Origin: an uncultured archaeon | Lineage (GTDB): Archaea > Thermoproteota > Nitrososphaeria > Nitrososphaerales > Gagatemarchaeaceae | Direction of reading: 5' to 3' | DNA length: 64,000 nt | Assembly: GCA_963799775.1 (NCBI GenBank) | Contig: CAWCYD010000003.1 | Span: forward strand, 640,001 to 704,000 | Part shown: piece after piece, positions 7,247-17,886 of the stretch | How positions within the stretch are numbered: the first letter of the stretch is position 1 | Layout: each line of letters begins with the position of its first letter | Notes under the pieces: generated by a model | Told to the model about the DNA's origin: nothing | Seen by the model: the letters and a program-made list of their open reading frames with translations, nothing else | The model's database searches: none | Made by a program: the position numbers and the translations under genes

Positions 7247-9723
7247 GTGGCGGACTCTTTCGTCTCATCGAATTCGTCTGAGGTCTTCCTCCGCCGCTTC
7301 ACTATCTGCCTCGCTCCCAAGGCGATGACGACGATTATCACGATGACGATCAGTATCGGAAGGATGCTCCCGATTATCCCCAGGCTCCGAGAGGTCGCGC
7401 CCGAGATAGGGAGACTGCTCCCCGAGGTGACGAGGATGTTCGTCCCGGTCGTCTGGTTCCCCAAGGCCGGGTCATGGACCACGGCCGTGACGGTGGCGAC
7501 GCCGTTGGTTGCAGGGATGAAAGTGTCGGTAAACTGCCCGTTCGCATCGGTGACCCCGCCCGGAGTGAGCATGCTGCCCGAGGTCGTCGAGATCGAGACG
7601 TTCGCGCCCTTCACGGGCACCCCGTTAGCGTCGACCTGCAGCTGGACGGTTGCAGTGGCCGCGATGGCGATCACAGGCTCGGAGCTTATGAGAGTTATCG
7701 AGACAGGCAGGGACAACTCCAAGAGGTTCGCGCTGGATGAGCTCAGACCGCTAGACGAAGCAGTCAGGACCGTCGACCCTGGGCCCGAAGTCTTGACCAT
7801 CGTCCAGGCGTAGTCCGCTCCCTGTGGGATGTCGAGCTGGAGCGGCTTGGAGATCATGCTGCTGTTGGAGCTGGTTATCACGATTGGGGTGTCCTGCCGC
7901 GCCCGCGCAGGCTGCGAGGTCGAATCCTGCAGCTGGACTGCGATTATCGCGTCTCCCTGAGGCCCGAATGATTGGATCCCGCTCGAAGGGGCGATGTAAA
8001 AGCCGAGCTGGGAGGGCGCGGGGCTCACGCTCGTGAAACTCGCGGCCGAGGAGGAATAGCCAGAGGCCGTCGCTGTGATGTTGGCGACGCCGGGCGAGAT
8101 CGTCGTGCTCACGTTCGCGAGGGCGAAAGAACTGCCCGCGGCGAGGATGACGCTGGAGTTCAGGGTAGCGATGTTGGTGGTCGAGCTCGTCAGCATCACG
8201 GTTGTGTTAGCCGGCGCCTCGGCGGGGAGCCCTGATGCGTCCTCGAACGAGACCAGGAGCACAGAGTAGGCGTTCCCATCGGCCGGCAGCTTGGAGACCA
8301 CAGATTGGACAGCGACTTTGGTCGGCGTCGGGCCATAGCTGGCGACCGAGATGGAGGCCGACTGGAGGTTCTGGGCGATCGCCGTGATGAAGGTGCTCCC
8401 GACGGAGAAGGTGGACGTGAACGTAGCAACAGCGAAACTAGAGCCGGCGGCGATCGTCACATCCTCACCGACGTTCCCTACGGACGCATCTGAGGAGGTG
8501 AGCGTTACCTGGGTGTCTGTGGTCGCTAGAGCGGGGTTCCCACTGGCGTCGGTCAACGCCACCAGTATCGAGTCGTAGGGTTTCGCGTCAGCGGGGACAG
8601 GGTTGGGGGCAACCTCGAGGGCCAGCTTGACAGGGGAGACCGGACTGACCACCGTGACCACTGAGAACGCCGACCTTAGGCCCGGTGAGGATGCCGTGAG
8701 GTTAGCATTGCCGGCCACCGAGGCGCTCGAGAACGACGTCACCGAATACACCTCTCCCTGATGAATCGTGACGGTCTGCTGGACCGACACAATCGTGGTG
8801 TTAGACGATGCTATCACGACCGAGACAGGCGCGGGAGCAGGAGTCGGGTTTCCAGACGAGTCTACGAGAGTCACCACGAGCCTTCCTGAGGTGGCGGTCG
8901 CGACCGGGTCAGGCTGGGCGAAGAGCGCGAGACCGAAGGGCGAGGCCCCCTGAAGCGAGACAGTGCCCGACCCTGAGCCGAAACCAGAGGCCGAGGCAGT
9001 GATAGTCGCCGACCCAGGAGAGGCGCCCACATCGTACGCCGTCGAGGCGAAGATGGACCCGCTTGCTATCGTCAGAGTGCTGTTCGGAAGGCTCGCCACG
9101 TTGTTGTCCGAAGAGGAAAGCGTCACCAAGATGGGCGAGCTAGACTTTGCGGGAGACCCCGTAGAGTCGAGGGCCTCGACCAGAACGATTCCTGGAGCAG
9201 ACTGGCCCACCACCTGTGTCCCGGGAACGGGTATCACGCTCAGGCGGGTCGCGAAACCGCTGAGGGTGACAGTTGTGAGCGAAGTAGACACCGCGCTGAG
9301 TCCTGGCGAAGAGGCCGAGATCGACGTCGTCCCAGGAGTTGTGCTTGTGGTGAAGTTTGCGACCGCGAAGCAGGCCCCCTTCGAGATTGTCGCCTGCGAA
9401 GAGATGCTCCCGACGCCAGCCTGGGAGGAGGTCAGGAACACGACAGTGTCATTGAGCGCGAGAGACGCCCCGCCGGAGCTCTCTAAGTAGACCACCACCG
9501 CGGGATATGATCCGCCATCCGCGGGAAGCTTGGGCGGGATGACCGAGATGGCCAACGAGGTGGGAGTCGCCGAATGACTCTGAGCCGGGGATGAGGTGGT
9601 CGTCGTGGTGCTCGTGGTCGATGTCGATGCGGCCATGGCACCGGGGAAAACCAGGATTGAGAGAAGAAGCAACGCGGCGAATGAGAGAGCGCGAGACAGC
9701 GCGCCGCCAGCATAGCTCTTCAT
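7243..9723 (-). CDS. Cell-surface protein with repeated Ig-like (invasin/Big-like) domains and C-terminal TM anchor
   Basis: Signal peptide, repeated PPKLPADG / LTSSxxxV..V modules, GVTDANGQFT, C-terminal hydrophobic helix followed by KRRRK. Confidence 0.85.
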   Translation of the reverse strand: MKSYAGGALSRALSFAALLLLSILVFPGAMAASTSTTSTTTTTSSPAQSHSATPTSLAISVIPPKLPADGGSYPAVVVYLESSGGASLALNDTVVFLTSSQAGVGSISSQATISKGACFAVANFTTSTTPGTTSISASSPGLSAVSTSLTTVTLSGFATRLSVIPVPGTQVVGQSAPGIVLVEALDSTGSPAKSSSPILVTLSSSDNNVASLPNSTLTIASGSIFASTAYDVGASPGSATITASASGFGSGSGTVSLQGASPFGLALFAQPDPVATATSGRLVVTLVDSSGNPTPAPAPVSVVIASSNTTIVSVQQTVTIHQGEVYSVTSFSSASVAGNANLTASSPGLRSAFSVVTVVSPVSPVKLALEVAPNPVPADAKPYDSILVALTDASGNPALATTDTQVTLTSSDASVGNVGEDVTIAAGSSFAVATFTSTFSVGSTFITAIAQNLQSASISVASYGPTPTKVAVQSVVSKLPADGNAYSVLLVSFEDASGLPAEAPANTTVMLTSSTTNIATLNSSVILAAGSSFALANVSTTISPGVANITATASGYSSSAASFTSVSPAPSQLGFYIAPSSGIQSFGPQGDAIIAVQLQDSTSQPARARQDTPIVITSSNSSMISKPLQLDIPQGADYAWTMVKTSGPGSTVLTASSSGLSSSSANLLELSLPVSITLISSEPVIAIAATATVQLQVDANGVPVKGANVSISTTSGSMLTPGGVTDANGQFTDTFIPATNGVATVTAVVHDPALGNQTTGTNILVTSGSSLPISGATSRSLGIIGSILPILIVIVIIVVIALGARQIVKRRRKTSDEFDETKESAT

Positions 9724-9786
9724 TTCAGGTCGCCTCGTTGAGCCGAGCGTATATAGCCGGTTGGTGTGTCACTTTGGTCAGGACAC

Positions 9787-12700
9787 CTACGAAAGAGACT
9801 TCGACATGTCCCTTCTCATCCTCATCAAGACAAGGATCGACGCGGAACCCGCTCCGGCGACGGCCGCGACCATGACGAAGAGCGAGATGATGCTCAGCGC
9901 CACTCGGCCGACAGGGATTGTCGCGCCAGAGGCCGCGTCTCCGTCGATGTGGGCGGTAGACCCCAAGCTTGTCACTTTCGCAGAATAGGTCCCGAGAGGT
10001 ATCATGGCCACGGAGAAGATCCCGTTGCTCTTGGTCACGCCGTTGATTGTGGTGCCGTTGGCGAGAGACATCGCGACGTGGGCCCCTGCCACAGGCAGCC
10101 CGAAGAGGTCGACCACCTTGAGGGAGGCGCTATACACTCGCGTCTCCAGTGTGATGTTGAGCGGCGCTCCCTTCACGACGAAGGAGGGCGAGCCCGCAGG
10201 CCCGACGCCGACTCCTTCCCAAACCACCGAGGAGACCGAGAAAGCCGTCCCGTTCGGGAACCACGCCGAGGAACCTTGGATCTCCGTTGTCGAGTTGCCT
10301 ATGGTTAGGTCGACGACGCTCGGTGTGACGGCGTTCCGTCCAACGCTGTCGAAGAACTGGAAGTTGACCAGATACTGCGTGTTCGCAGTGAATGCGAGTG
10401 TCACGGGGCCCGTGAAGGTCACGGAGGGCGTCGTGAAAGTGGAGGAGCTGGCGGAAGCTTGAACGGGGACTGGCGTTGCCCCGTTGATTGAATACGAAGA
10501 CAGGGTCTCAATCGTCCCTTGGCCCGAAGTGGCATTCCATTGGCGGGGGACCGTGAACGTCTCCTTCGAGCCGGAGTCGAAGTAGGAGTCCTGGGTCGGG
10601 GACGGAGGGATCGCAGAGACCTGCTGCGGGCCCGAGGTCGAGAGGAGGTATTGTGTCACGGAAGTTATCGCTATGGTGTGCGCCCCAGTCATGGACAGGC
10701 TGATCAGGAAGGTGCTGTTTCCAGGGCGCGTCAGGGTTGTCTTCGCGCCCCCGTCAATCGTGTAGCTCGTCGCGCTCTGCCTCGAGCCCGTCGAGTTGGT
10801 CGCCCAGGTCGAATCGAAGACAGCCTTGACGGCGACGCCGGAGTCATACCACCCTGGCAGATCTCCGGGGATGGTGGAGTTGGTGACCGATATCCACGGG
10901 ACCGGATTGGAGCTGAGGTGATACTGCGGGCCGGTCTTGGTCGTTATCGCTTCAGGCGCCGATATCCCGGACAGGCTGAGAGCTTGGACGGTGGAGGTGC
11001 TGAAGACGGTCGTCGTCTTCAGGCTGACCGTGTACGACACCAGCCTGCTCCCTGCGCTTGCAGTCCTTCCCCATACTCCGTTCAAGACGACCGAGACCGG
11101 CGTTCCGCTGTCATACCAATACTTGTCACCTGCAATCGCGGGAGGCGTGATCGAGGAGAGCGAGGCGATCCCTCCGCTGTCGAGGGTCAGCTGGTATTGC
11201 GTGACCACGTCGCCTGAGATCGACTCGGGCGATGTGATCTGCGCAAGATTGAGCGCGTTCACCAGACCGGACGAACCCACAGCGACGGGTGCCCCGCCGC
11301 TGATGGAGTAGGAGGCCAGCCTGTCTCCTGTGCCCGAGGCCCTGCTCCAGACGCTGTTCAGCACGACGCCCACAGGCGTCCCAGAGTCGTACCAGCCGGA
11401 GTCCAAGGGTATGCTGGGGCTCGTTATCGTTGATAGGGCGCTCGTCGTCGCCTTGTCGAGGGTCACCTGGTACTGGACGACGCTGGTGGTGTTGATGAGT
11501 TGAGGGGCAGTCATCGCCCCCGTCCTGATTGTCAACTGGTTCGTCTGGGCGATCTTTGTGACAGGCCCGCCGTCGAGCTGCCACGAAGCGGTCCGGTCGC
11601 CCGTCCCCGCGGAACGAGAATAGATCCCGTTGAGCACGACGCTCACGGCGGGGGATCCGGCATCATACCAGAAGGTGTCTCCCTGGAATGTGGACGGAGG
11701 TGAGACCGAGGCGAACGCACCAGCCGCTGCCGGGTTCAGCACCACCTCGTACTGCGTGGCGCTAGTTGTGGTGATGGAGATGGGGGTCTGGATTAGTGGA
11801 TTGGAGTAAGCTTGGATGGTCCCTGTGGTGTTGACGTGAAGGGTGGGCTGACCTGTTGCCGAGATGGATGTCAGTCGATGCCCGGTGCCGCCCGCTCTTC
11901 CCCAAGCTCCGTTGAGGGCGATCTGGACGGGTGAACCTGTGTCATACCAGTAGTTGTCTCCAGGGATGGTGGGCGGAGTGATGGAGCTGAGGCCCCCGCT
12001 CGCTCCCGCGTCGAGGCTTACCTGGAACTGGGTCACTGACTTGAAGGTGATGGTGTGGGGCCCTTCCATCGAGATGTAGAGGGTCAGCGTGGATAGGGGC
12101 TGAGACAGCGTCACGGGGCTCTTGGAGTCGATGGTGTAGGAAGTCACTCTGTATCCCGTCCCTTGTGACCTTCCCCAGACGCCCGGCGTGTTGAGGGTCG
12201 TGTTCGTGCCTGCGCTGACCCACTGCGTGGGGAGCGTCGCGCCTACGATGGTGAGGAGGTATTGCTGGTCGTAAGCGACGTCCACGATGTTGTTGGGGGC
12301 AGGGCCGATTATGGTCCCTGTCGCGGCGGGCGCGAACCACCTCTCAGTGCTTCCTGAGCTGGCGAGGATGCTCGTTGTGGAATACGTTGTCTGAGCGTCA
12401 GCCCAGAACATCTGCTCGCTTGTGGTGAGCGTCAACTGCTGGACGCTTCCCGCGAACATGTAGCTGAGGTTCGGCTGTGTCGACGACGGTGGAGCTTGCA
12501 GGCCCACGATGGAGAACGCGAACCCTTCGAGATACTGATGGAAGTAGACTGGGCTGATTTTGGTGGCCTGCGTTATCGTTCCCGTGGTCGAGTTGTTCAG
12601 CTCCCATCTCTCGCTGCTGTTCGTGCTGATGCAGCAGATATCAGCCGGCAGAGTGTAGGTCGAGCCGCCGTCGACCCAGACCGCCTCGTTCGCAGACGTC

Positions 12701-13737
12701 GAAGCCTTTGAGCCGAATTGCTGGTAGTTGAAGGGCGGCAGCGTCAAGCCCGTGGTGCTCCCTCCGTTGAACGTGAATGTGACGTTCACAAGGAACTGCT
12801 GGTAGTAGACCGGGGTGACCGGTATCGGGCCGGTCACCGTCCCGTTGTTGTCCATCGAGAGCGCCGTCCCCGTCTGCGCGGGCACCAAGACGGTCCCAAC
12901 CCACTTCTGATTGGTCACACTCACGGGCGTGATAACGGAGGTCCACGAATAGGATGCCCCCGCATCGAACCAGACGTTCTGAGTGCTCGGGCTCAGAGTG
13001 ATGCCCGTGTTCGAGCCGAATGCCATGCTGTCGATGACCGGGGCTGCCGGCGGTCCGCCCCCCACGACAGAGTAGCTCGTTGCGACCAGGTATTGGTGCC
13101 AATAGGTCGAGGTGATGCTCGTGGGAGCCGAGATCGTGCCGCTTCCACCCGAGGGGAGTATCCATCTCTCGTTGGTGGAGGTTCCAGGGAGCTCACCGCT
13201 GTAAGAGTAGGGGGAAGAGGCATCCACCCAGACCGGGCTGGCTCCCGCGGGCGATGAGGTGCCCGATCCCATCTCGTCATAGCTGACGGACGGCGGTGAG
13301 TATCCTGACCCTCCTTTCGTGATGTTGAAGTTGAACGTCACCAGGTACTGATGGTAATAGCTGAAGCTGATCGTCAGAGGCGTCGTGATGACGCCCGAGA
13401 CGTCCTGACTGGTCGTCCACCTCTCCTTGCTCGAGGAGCCGTTGAGGACGGTCAGGGCGCTCCATTGCGTCCCCGAATCCACCAGGTAGCCTGTGGGCGT
13501 CGAGGTCAGGGGGACGACCACGGTCGCTCCGCCGCTTACGTATTGCAACAGGTCTTGAGTGCCGCTGGAGCCGCCGCCGATGACCGAGTAACTCGCGGTG
13601 AGGGTGACCTGCGACGTGGCGTGCGCAGGGACCGCAGAGGGCCCGGCGATGAAGGAGAACGCTAGAAATGCGACGGTTGCGAGTGACAGAACCCCCAAGA
13701 CTGAGCGAATCCTCAATTTCCGGCCCTCACCACTCAT
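9787..13737 (-). CDS. Large secreted S/T-rich surface (S-layer-like) protein with C-terminal anchor
   Basis: Signal peptide; repeats with YYHQYLV, W(V/Y)DxG and ERW motifs; C-terminal TM. Confidence 0.85.
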   Translation of the reverse strand: MSGEGRKLRIRSVLGVLSLATVAFLAFSFIAGPSAVPAHATSQVTLTASYSVIGGGSSGTQDLLQYVSGGATVVVPLTSTPTGYLVDSGTQWSALTVLNGSSSKERWTTSQDVSGVITTPLTISFSYYHQYLVTFNFNITKGGSGYSPPSVSYDEMGSGTSSPAGASPVWVDASSPYSYSGELPGTSTNERWILPSGGSGTISAPTSITSTYWHQYLVATSYSVVGGGPPAAPVIDSMAFGSNTGITLSPSTQNVWFDAGASYSWTSVITPVSVTNQKWVGTVLVPAQTGTALSMDNNGTVTGPIPVTPVYYQQFLVNVTFTFNGGSTTGLTLPPFNYQQFGSKASTSANEAVWVDGGSTYTLPADICCISTNSSERWELNNSTTGTITQATKISPVYFHQYLEGFAFSIVGLQAPPSSTQPNLSYMFAGSVQQLTLTTSEQMFWADAQTTYSTTSILASSGSTERWFAPAATGTIIGPAPNNIVDVAYDQQYLLTIVGATLPTQWVSAGTNTTLNTPGVWGRSQGTGYRVTSYTIDSKSPVTLSQPLSTLTLYISMEGPHTITFKSVTQFQVSLDAGASGGLSSITPPTIPGDNYWYDTGSPVQIALNGAWGRAGGTGHRLTSISATGQPTLHVNTTGTIQAYSNPLIQTPISITTTSATQYEVVLNPAAAGAFASVSPPSTFQGDTFWYDAGSPAVSVVLNGIYSRSAGTGDRTASWQLDGGPVTKIAQTNQLTIRTGAMTAPQLINTTSVVQYQVTLDKATTSALSTITSPSIPLDSGWYDSGTPVGVVLNSVWSRASGTGDRLASYSISGGAPVAVGSSGLVNALNLAQITSPESISGDVVTQYQLTLDSGGIASLSSITPPAIAGDKYWYDSGTPVSVVLNGVWGRTASAGSRLVSYTVSLKTTTVFSTSTVQALSLSGISAPEAITTKTGPQYHLSSNPVPWISVTNSTIPGDLPGWYDSGVAVKAVFDSTWATNSTGSRQSATSYTIDGGAKTTLTRPGNSTFLISLSMTGAHTIAITSVTQYLLSTSGPQQVSAIPPSPTQDSYFDSGSKETFTVPRQWNATSGQGTIETLSSYSINGATPVPVQASASSSTFTTPSVTFTGPVTLAFTANTQYLVNFQFFDSVGRNAVTPSVVDLTIGNSTTEIQGSSAWFPNGTAFSVSSVVWEGVGVGPAGSPSFVVKGAPLNITLETRVYSASLKVVDLFGLPVAGAHVAMSLANGTTINGVTKSNGIFSVAMIPLGTYSAKVTSLGSTAHIDGDAASGATIPVGRVALSIISLFVMVAAVAGAGSASILVLMRMRRDMSKSLS

Positions 13738-13950
13738 CCGACGTTCTTTATGCCCTCGCCTCTCGAGACCAAGCTCGACGAGAAGAGAGACGGGATTAGG
13801 GCGATCTGGCCGCTGAGCGCCGCTTTTCTGGCCGCCCCCGATCTCGCCTGCATAGGGTAGTTTAGCGTCAAGGCCTCAAATATTTAGAAAGTGTATGCGG
13901 GATTCATATTACTTTTATCGCCCGAGAGGCGGTTTTCACGCGTTATTCTC

Positions 13951-14772
13951 ATGCGCCCTCGGGTGTTGAATCTCGCTGCTCCTTCAAGCGAAGACACCTA
14001 CGAGCTTCTGCTCAACGTAAAATCAAAGATAGGCGTGCTCCATGAGATAACGGGGTTCCTTGCGAAGTCCAAGATAGACATACTCTCCATGCACATCCAA
14101 GCGGCACGAGGAAAGACGGCGGTCATCGTCGCGTACCTTGAGATGGAGGAGTCCAAGACCAACGTCCAGAAGCTCTTGCGAGACCTCCGGGACCTTGATT
14201 TCGTCATCGAGGCAGAGGCCGTGAAGAAGGACGGGCTCATGTTCGAGGAATTCCTATTCCCGATCTTGGTAGACGACGAAGTACGAGGATTCCTGATGAC
14301 GGACAGCGCCTGGATGTCCATAGCGTCCAGGATGGTCCTCACCTACGGAACGGGAGGGCTGGCGATCCTCTACGAGGCAGGGTTGGCGTGCGGCGAGGAA
14401 TACGCCCGGCACCTCCACGCCAAGTTGGGGCTCAACGCGAGCGCAAAGGCGGCCATCGAGAACCTCGGCGCCATGCTGAGGGCAGTGGGGATGGGCGTCA
14501 CAGAGATGAACGCGACCACCGACGGGTTCCTCGTGAAGGTCACGCAACCGGTAATCCCGGCGACGGAGACCAAATTCCACGACCGATTCCTGGCGGGCCT
14601 CATCGCCGGCGCGGCGGGGAGGTTGATGGCCACTAGCTACTCGGTGGAGAACGTAAAGTTCGAGGGAGACGAGCTGAGTTTCAAGCTCAGCCAGCGCGCT
14701 CCTGAGAACCGGACAAACGAAGCCAGAGCCAGAGGTCCTGAGAGCTCGATCAAGAGCGTCCGAGTGCCCTAG
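13951..14772 (+). CDS. ACT-domain plus V4R-like domain protein
   Basis: N-terminal KSKIGVLHEITGFLAKSKIDILS (ACT); C-terminal YGTGGLAILYEAGLACGEEY...LRAVGMG (V4R/HNOB-like). Confidence 0.75.
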   Translation: MRPRVLNLAAPSSEDTYELLLNVKSKIGVLHEITGFLAKSKIDILSMHIQAARGKTAVIVAYLEMEESKTNVQKLLRDLRDLDFVIEAEAVKKDGLMFEEFLFPILVDDEVRGFLMTDSAWMSIASRMVLTYGTGGLAILYEAGLACGEEYARHLHAKLGLNASAKAAIENLGAMLRAVGMGVTEMNATTDGFLVKVTQPVIPATETKFHDRFLAGLIAGAAGRLMATSYSVENVKFEGDELSFKLSQRAPENRTNEARARGPESSIKSVRVP

Positions 14773-16149
14773 GCCTGCTTCTTGACGTGCAGGCCGCCCG
14801 AATCGTAGCTAAAGTTGGCCGAGTAGAGGTTCCTGACCACGTTGATCGTCTTGTCATCGTGGGCCTTTGAGAGGACTATGGAGACGAAGACGACGTCGCC
14901 GCGGCTCACTATCTCGTTCATCTGTCTAAGGAACTTGTAGGTCTCCTGGAACCCTCCGTCGAGGATCATCGACGAGATGTTGTCGAAGACGATCGCCTTC
15001 GGCTTTTCCGGGGACTCGGTGACCGCCTCGTCCATCACGTTCAGCAGCACCGAGTGGTCGTTTCGGGGGACAAGGACCTCGAGCGGCGTGCCAGACGCCT
15101 TTGGATAGGAGACGTCGGCGAAGACGAAGAAGCGCACCCCTGGGGCCTCGTGAACCAAGAGATAGACGGGGCTTCCCTTGGAGGTGAGGACGAAGACGGT
15201 GCGCCCTTTGGCCAGCATGTCCTGCCCAAAGTCCCTGATCGCGCGCTCGTAGTTGGAGGAAGGGTCGGCCTCCAGGAGCGTGGACCCCTTGTATTCTACC
15301 ACGCTACCTCGCGCTCCGGGTTCCCTATTAATATCCGATGGGGTCATGGTGGCCGAATTCGCGGAATCCGTCGGCTTGAAGAGATCCTCGAGGACGGAGC
15401 CCCGTCTCATGGCTATCCCTATGCTCGCCAGGAGGAGGCCGACGATCACCTGGCCGGGTGCTATCGCGTCGACGGAGACCGTGGGAAGGTAGCCCAGGAT
15501 CATCAGGCCCACGAACGCTATCAGTGTCCCAGCCCCCCGAGATCAGCGTCACGGCCCTTCTCGTGGAGCTGTCGCGTATCGCCCTGATGCCTATCACGTA
15601 CTCGGTGGTCGGGAACACGAGGAAGATGAGGAACGCCACCTCTGCGAGGCCGAGGAACGAGCTGTCCAGTCTCGGAAGGAGGTCTTGTGCGCCCGTAAAG
15701 TCGTGGAGGGTGGCGATCGTGAAAGGCTGCTTCACCACCAATAGGACGTCCAGAGCGAGCAGGTAGGCCACGAACAGGAGGAGGCCGAGGCCGTAAGGAA
15801 AGAAGCGCTTTGTGACGAGGGCCACCACCCTCTCTTGGAACGTCGGCTCCGGAGGCCGACAGCAGATGACGTAGGCCAGGCTCGTCAGCAGGATCCCTAT
15901 CCAGAGGATCAGGCTGATCGTCCCGACCGTGTAGAACTCCATGTAACCCGGGACCGAAGAGAAGATGCCGCGCAGGAACTCGAGGAGGAAGATCACCAGG
16001 ATGAAGACGTGAGCGAAGACGAGGATCCACTTCGCGTCGTAGAGCCTGGATATCTTCTGCCTGAGGACGAACCGGAGCGCCACCGACCCTGCCGCGAACT
16101 CAAAGATCGCGAAGAGGACGACCAGAGAGACGGGTAGCGAGCTCGTCAA
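14769..16149 (-). CDS. Multi-TM sensor fused to a DUF835/KaiC-like inactive P-loop domain (frameshift near 15528)
   Basis: ORF 15328-16149 (several TM helices) joins ORF 14769-15512 (more TM, then AIVFDNISSMILDGGFQETYKFLRQM). Confidence 0.7.
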
Positions 16150-16193
16150 AGTTCTCTATTTTTCTCTCACTGCGTCCGCGTTGGCAACCGATA

Positions 16194-16970
16194 TCAATCT
16201 TCCACGCCTGCGACCTGAGGGCTCCTACCGCCCTCCGCAGACAGCACCGACATGACCATGAGGATGCCGCCGAGACAGATCCCTATCCTCCCAACCCAGA
16301 ACACGACTGCGTCGAATTGCCAATCAGACAAGAGAAGGGCGAAGAGGCCCACCGCGATCGTCGCCAAGGACCAGGAATACCAATACAGGATTGAGGAGGT
16401 CGACCTGAGCCCTATGAGGACCGCCGCCAGTCCGAAGATGGCGATCGCGCCGCCGAGCACGGTCTTAGCCGCCGAAGTCGCCCCCGCCCCGGGGTTGAGG
16501 AATCTTGGGAGCACTCCTTGTCCGGCGGCCAATACTATAGCGCCGACGAGGAGCACTGACAGGGCCATGACCCCGAGAGCCGCTAGGCCCGAACCTCTGC
16601 GTTCACTTTGGTGAAAGAACCTGGAAGCCGCGCACGAGAGATGCAGGACCGCTGAGCAGACCGCGGCCAGGATGAAGACCAAGGTGGAGATGTTCGAACC
16701 AGAGTTCCCTGCGAGCAATGCTGCGACCAGCGCTGCGACGCCGAAGACCAGGGAGCCCGACCCCAAGAAGAGCATGCTCGGGAGACCTTCCTTGACGTAG
16801 GCTCTCACCGACACATAGGAGACTATCACTGAACCCGAGGTGATGAAGACTATCGTCAAGACCGGGAAGACAGGGACGGGCAGGGGAGAGGCGGTGAGCT
16901 TCGCCTCATAACTCAAGACGGTGAGAACGACGAGAATCGCCGCTCCGACAGCGCCTTGAAGCCTGGCCAC
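16194..16970 (-). CDS. Stand-alone polytopic membrane protein resembling a MASE3-type sensor domain
   Basis: About 8 hydrophobic segments; VSYVSVRAYVKEGLPSMLFLGSGSLVFG; no kinase domain follows. Confidence 0.6.
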   Translation of the reverse strand: MARLQGAVGAAILVVLTVLSYEAKLTASPLPVPVFPVLTIVFITSGSVIVSYVSVRAYVKEGLPSMLFLGSGSLVFGVAALVAALLAGNSGSNISTLVFILAAVCSAVLHLSCAASRFFHQSERRGSGLAALGVMALSVLLVGAIVLAAGQGVLPRFLNPGAGATSAAKTVLGGAIAIFGLAAVLIGLRSTSSILYWYSWSLATIAVGLFALLLSDWQFDAVVFWVGRIGICLGGILMVMSVLSAEGGRSPQVAGVED

Positions 16971-16979
16971 TACTCAGCT

Positions 16980-17489
16980 TCACTTTTTGAAGGCGGCTGC
17001 GAATCTTTGCGAAGTGAGCTCGATGGAGGCCTCCAGTTGCCGATTATGGTGTGAGACCAATTCTGACCTGTGCGCGCCGTCGCTCGGCAACGTCGCGAGT
17101 TCGACGAACCTCTTCAAGATCTTCTTCTCGTTCGACGTCACTGAGTGGTTCGGTGCTCCGGCGAGCGCCACGAGGCCCGACCAGCGGTGATGAGGTCTAT
17201 CCTTCCCTACTTGGTCTGCCGTGTTACGAAGCAGTATCCTCGCTATCTCGCATTCGATTATGTGCGCGCCCCTCTCTTGGAATATCTCAGTCATCGCTTG
17301 GTGGAACCTCAAAGGATCGGCCGCGAGACTGGGAAGGGGGTGGAGGCTGAGTAGCATCTGAAGCCCGCTCTCTCCCACGACCTGGCGCAGGCCCTCGGTC
17401 ACGCTCTGCTCTAGGACTACCTGGAAATCTGGCGCGCCGCTTTTCTTTCGCACTCCGGGCTCCAAATCGAGGTCTTTTGCCGGTTGCAT
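16980..17489 (-). CDS. Hypothetical protein (DUF3227/NitrOD-like output domain)
   Basis: VLEQSVTEGLRQVVGESG...DPLRFHQAMTEIFQERGAHIIECEIARIL pattern. Confidence 0.55.
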   Translation of the reverse strand: MQPAKDLDLEPGVRKKSGAPDFQVVLEQSVTEGLRQVVGESGLQMLLSLHPLPSLAADPLRFHQAMTEIFQERGAHIIECEIARILLRNTADQVGKDRPHHRWSGLVALAGAPNHSVTSNEKKILKRFVELATLPSDGAHRSELVSHHNRQLEASIELTSQRFAAAFKK

Positions 17490-17652
17490 CAGGAATCTAT
17501 ATAGGGATTATGAATTTGGTAATACACCGCGGTCCAGGCGAGCTCCAACTTGCAATAATTGTAGTCTGCTCCCTGTAGTTCATCGGACCTATCTGGAATA
17601 GTAACGTGGTCCTGCATATTCCGATAATACACGAACGGCCGCTGAAGCAGAC

Positions 17653-17886
17653 ATGAATTCTCTGTTTCTGCACAGGCTGGTCAAGGCGGCGCCGTTCGCA
17701 ATGACCGTCTTCGGCGTTCTCTTAATGGCCCACGGGGTTCATGGAGTCGTCCACAACGGGGATCCGGGAGGCAATGGCGGACCCAACATCCACGCCATCT
17801 CCAACGGAGACCCCGGCGGCAACGGTGGGCCCAACCTTGGCAGGATTTCTAACGGCGATCCGGGCGGAAACGGTGGACCTAACTAG
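17653..17886 (+). CDS. Small secreted prepeptide with three NGDPGGNGGPN cores (peptide A)
   Basis: 77 aa: basic N-region, hydrophobic stretch, AHGVHGVVH, then three 16-aa-period repeats that differ only at synonymous positions within the cores. Confidence 0.85.
   Translation: MNSLFLHRLVKAAPFAMTVFGVLLMAHGVHGVVHNGDPGGNGGPNIHAISNGDPGGNGGPNLGRISNGDPGGNGGPN
17755..17883 (+). repeat. Three 48-bp-period coding repeats
   Basis: Cores start at 17755, 17803 and 17851; identical 11-aa peptide with 6-7 synonymous differences per pair. Confidence 0.9.

Noticed and set aside
17755-17883. 48-bp periodic repeats as a mini-CRISPR array or collagen-like repeat
   Set aside because: Variation is confined to third codon positions, spacers are only 15 nt, no cas genes are present, and there is no sustained Gly-X-Y periodicity.
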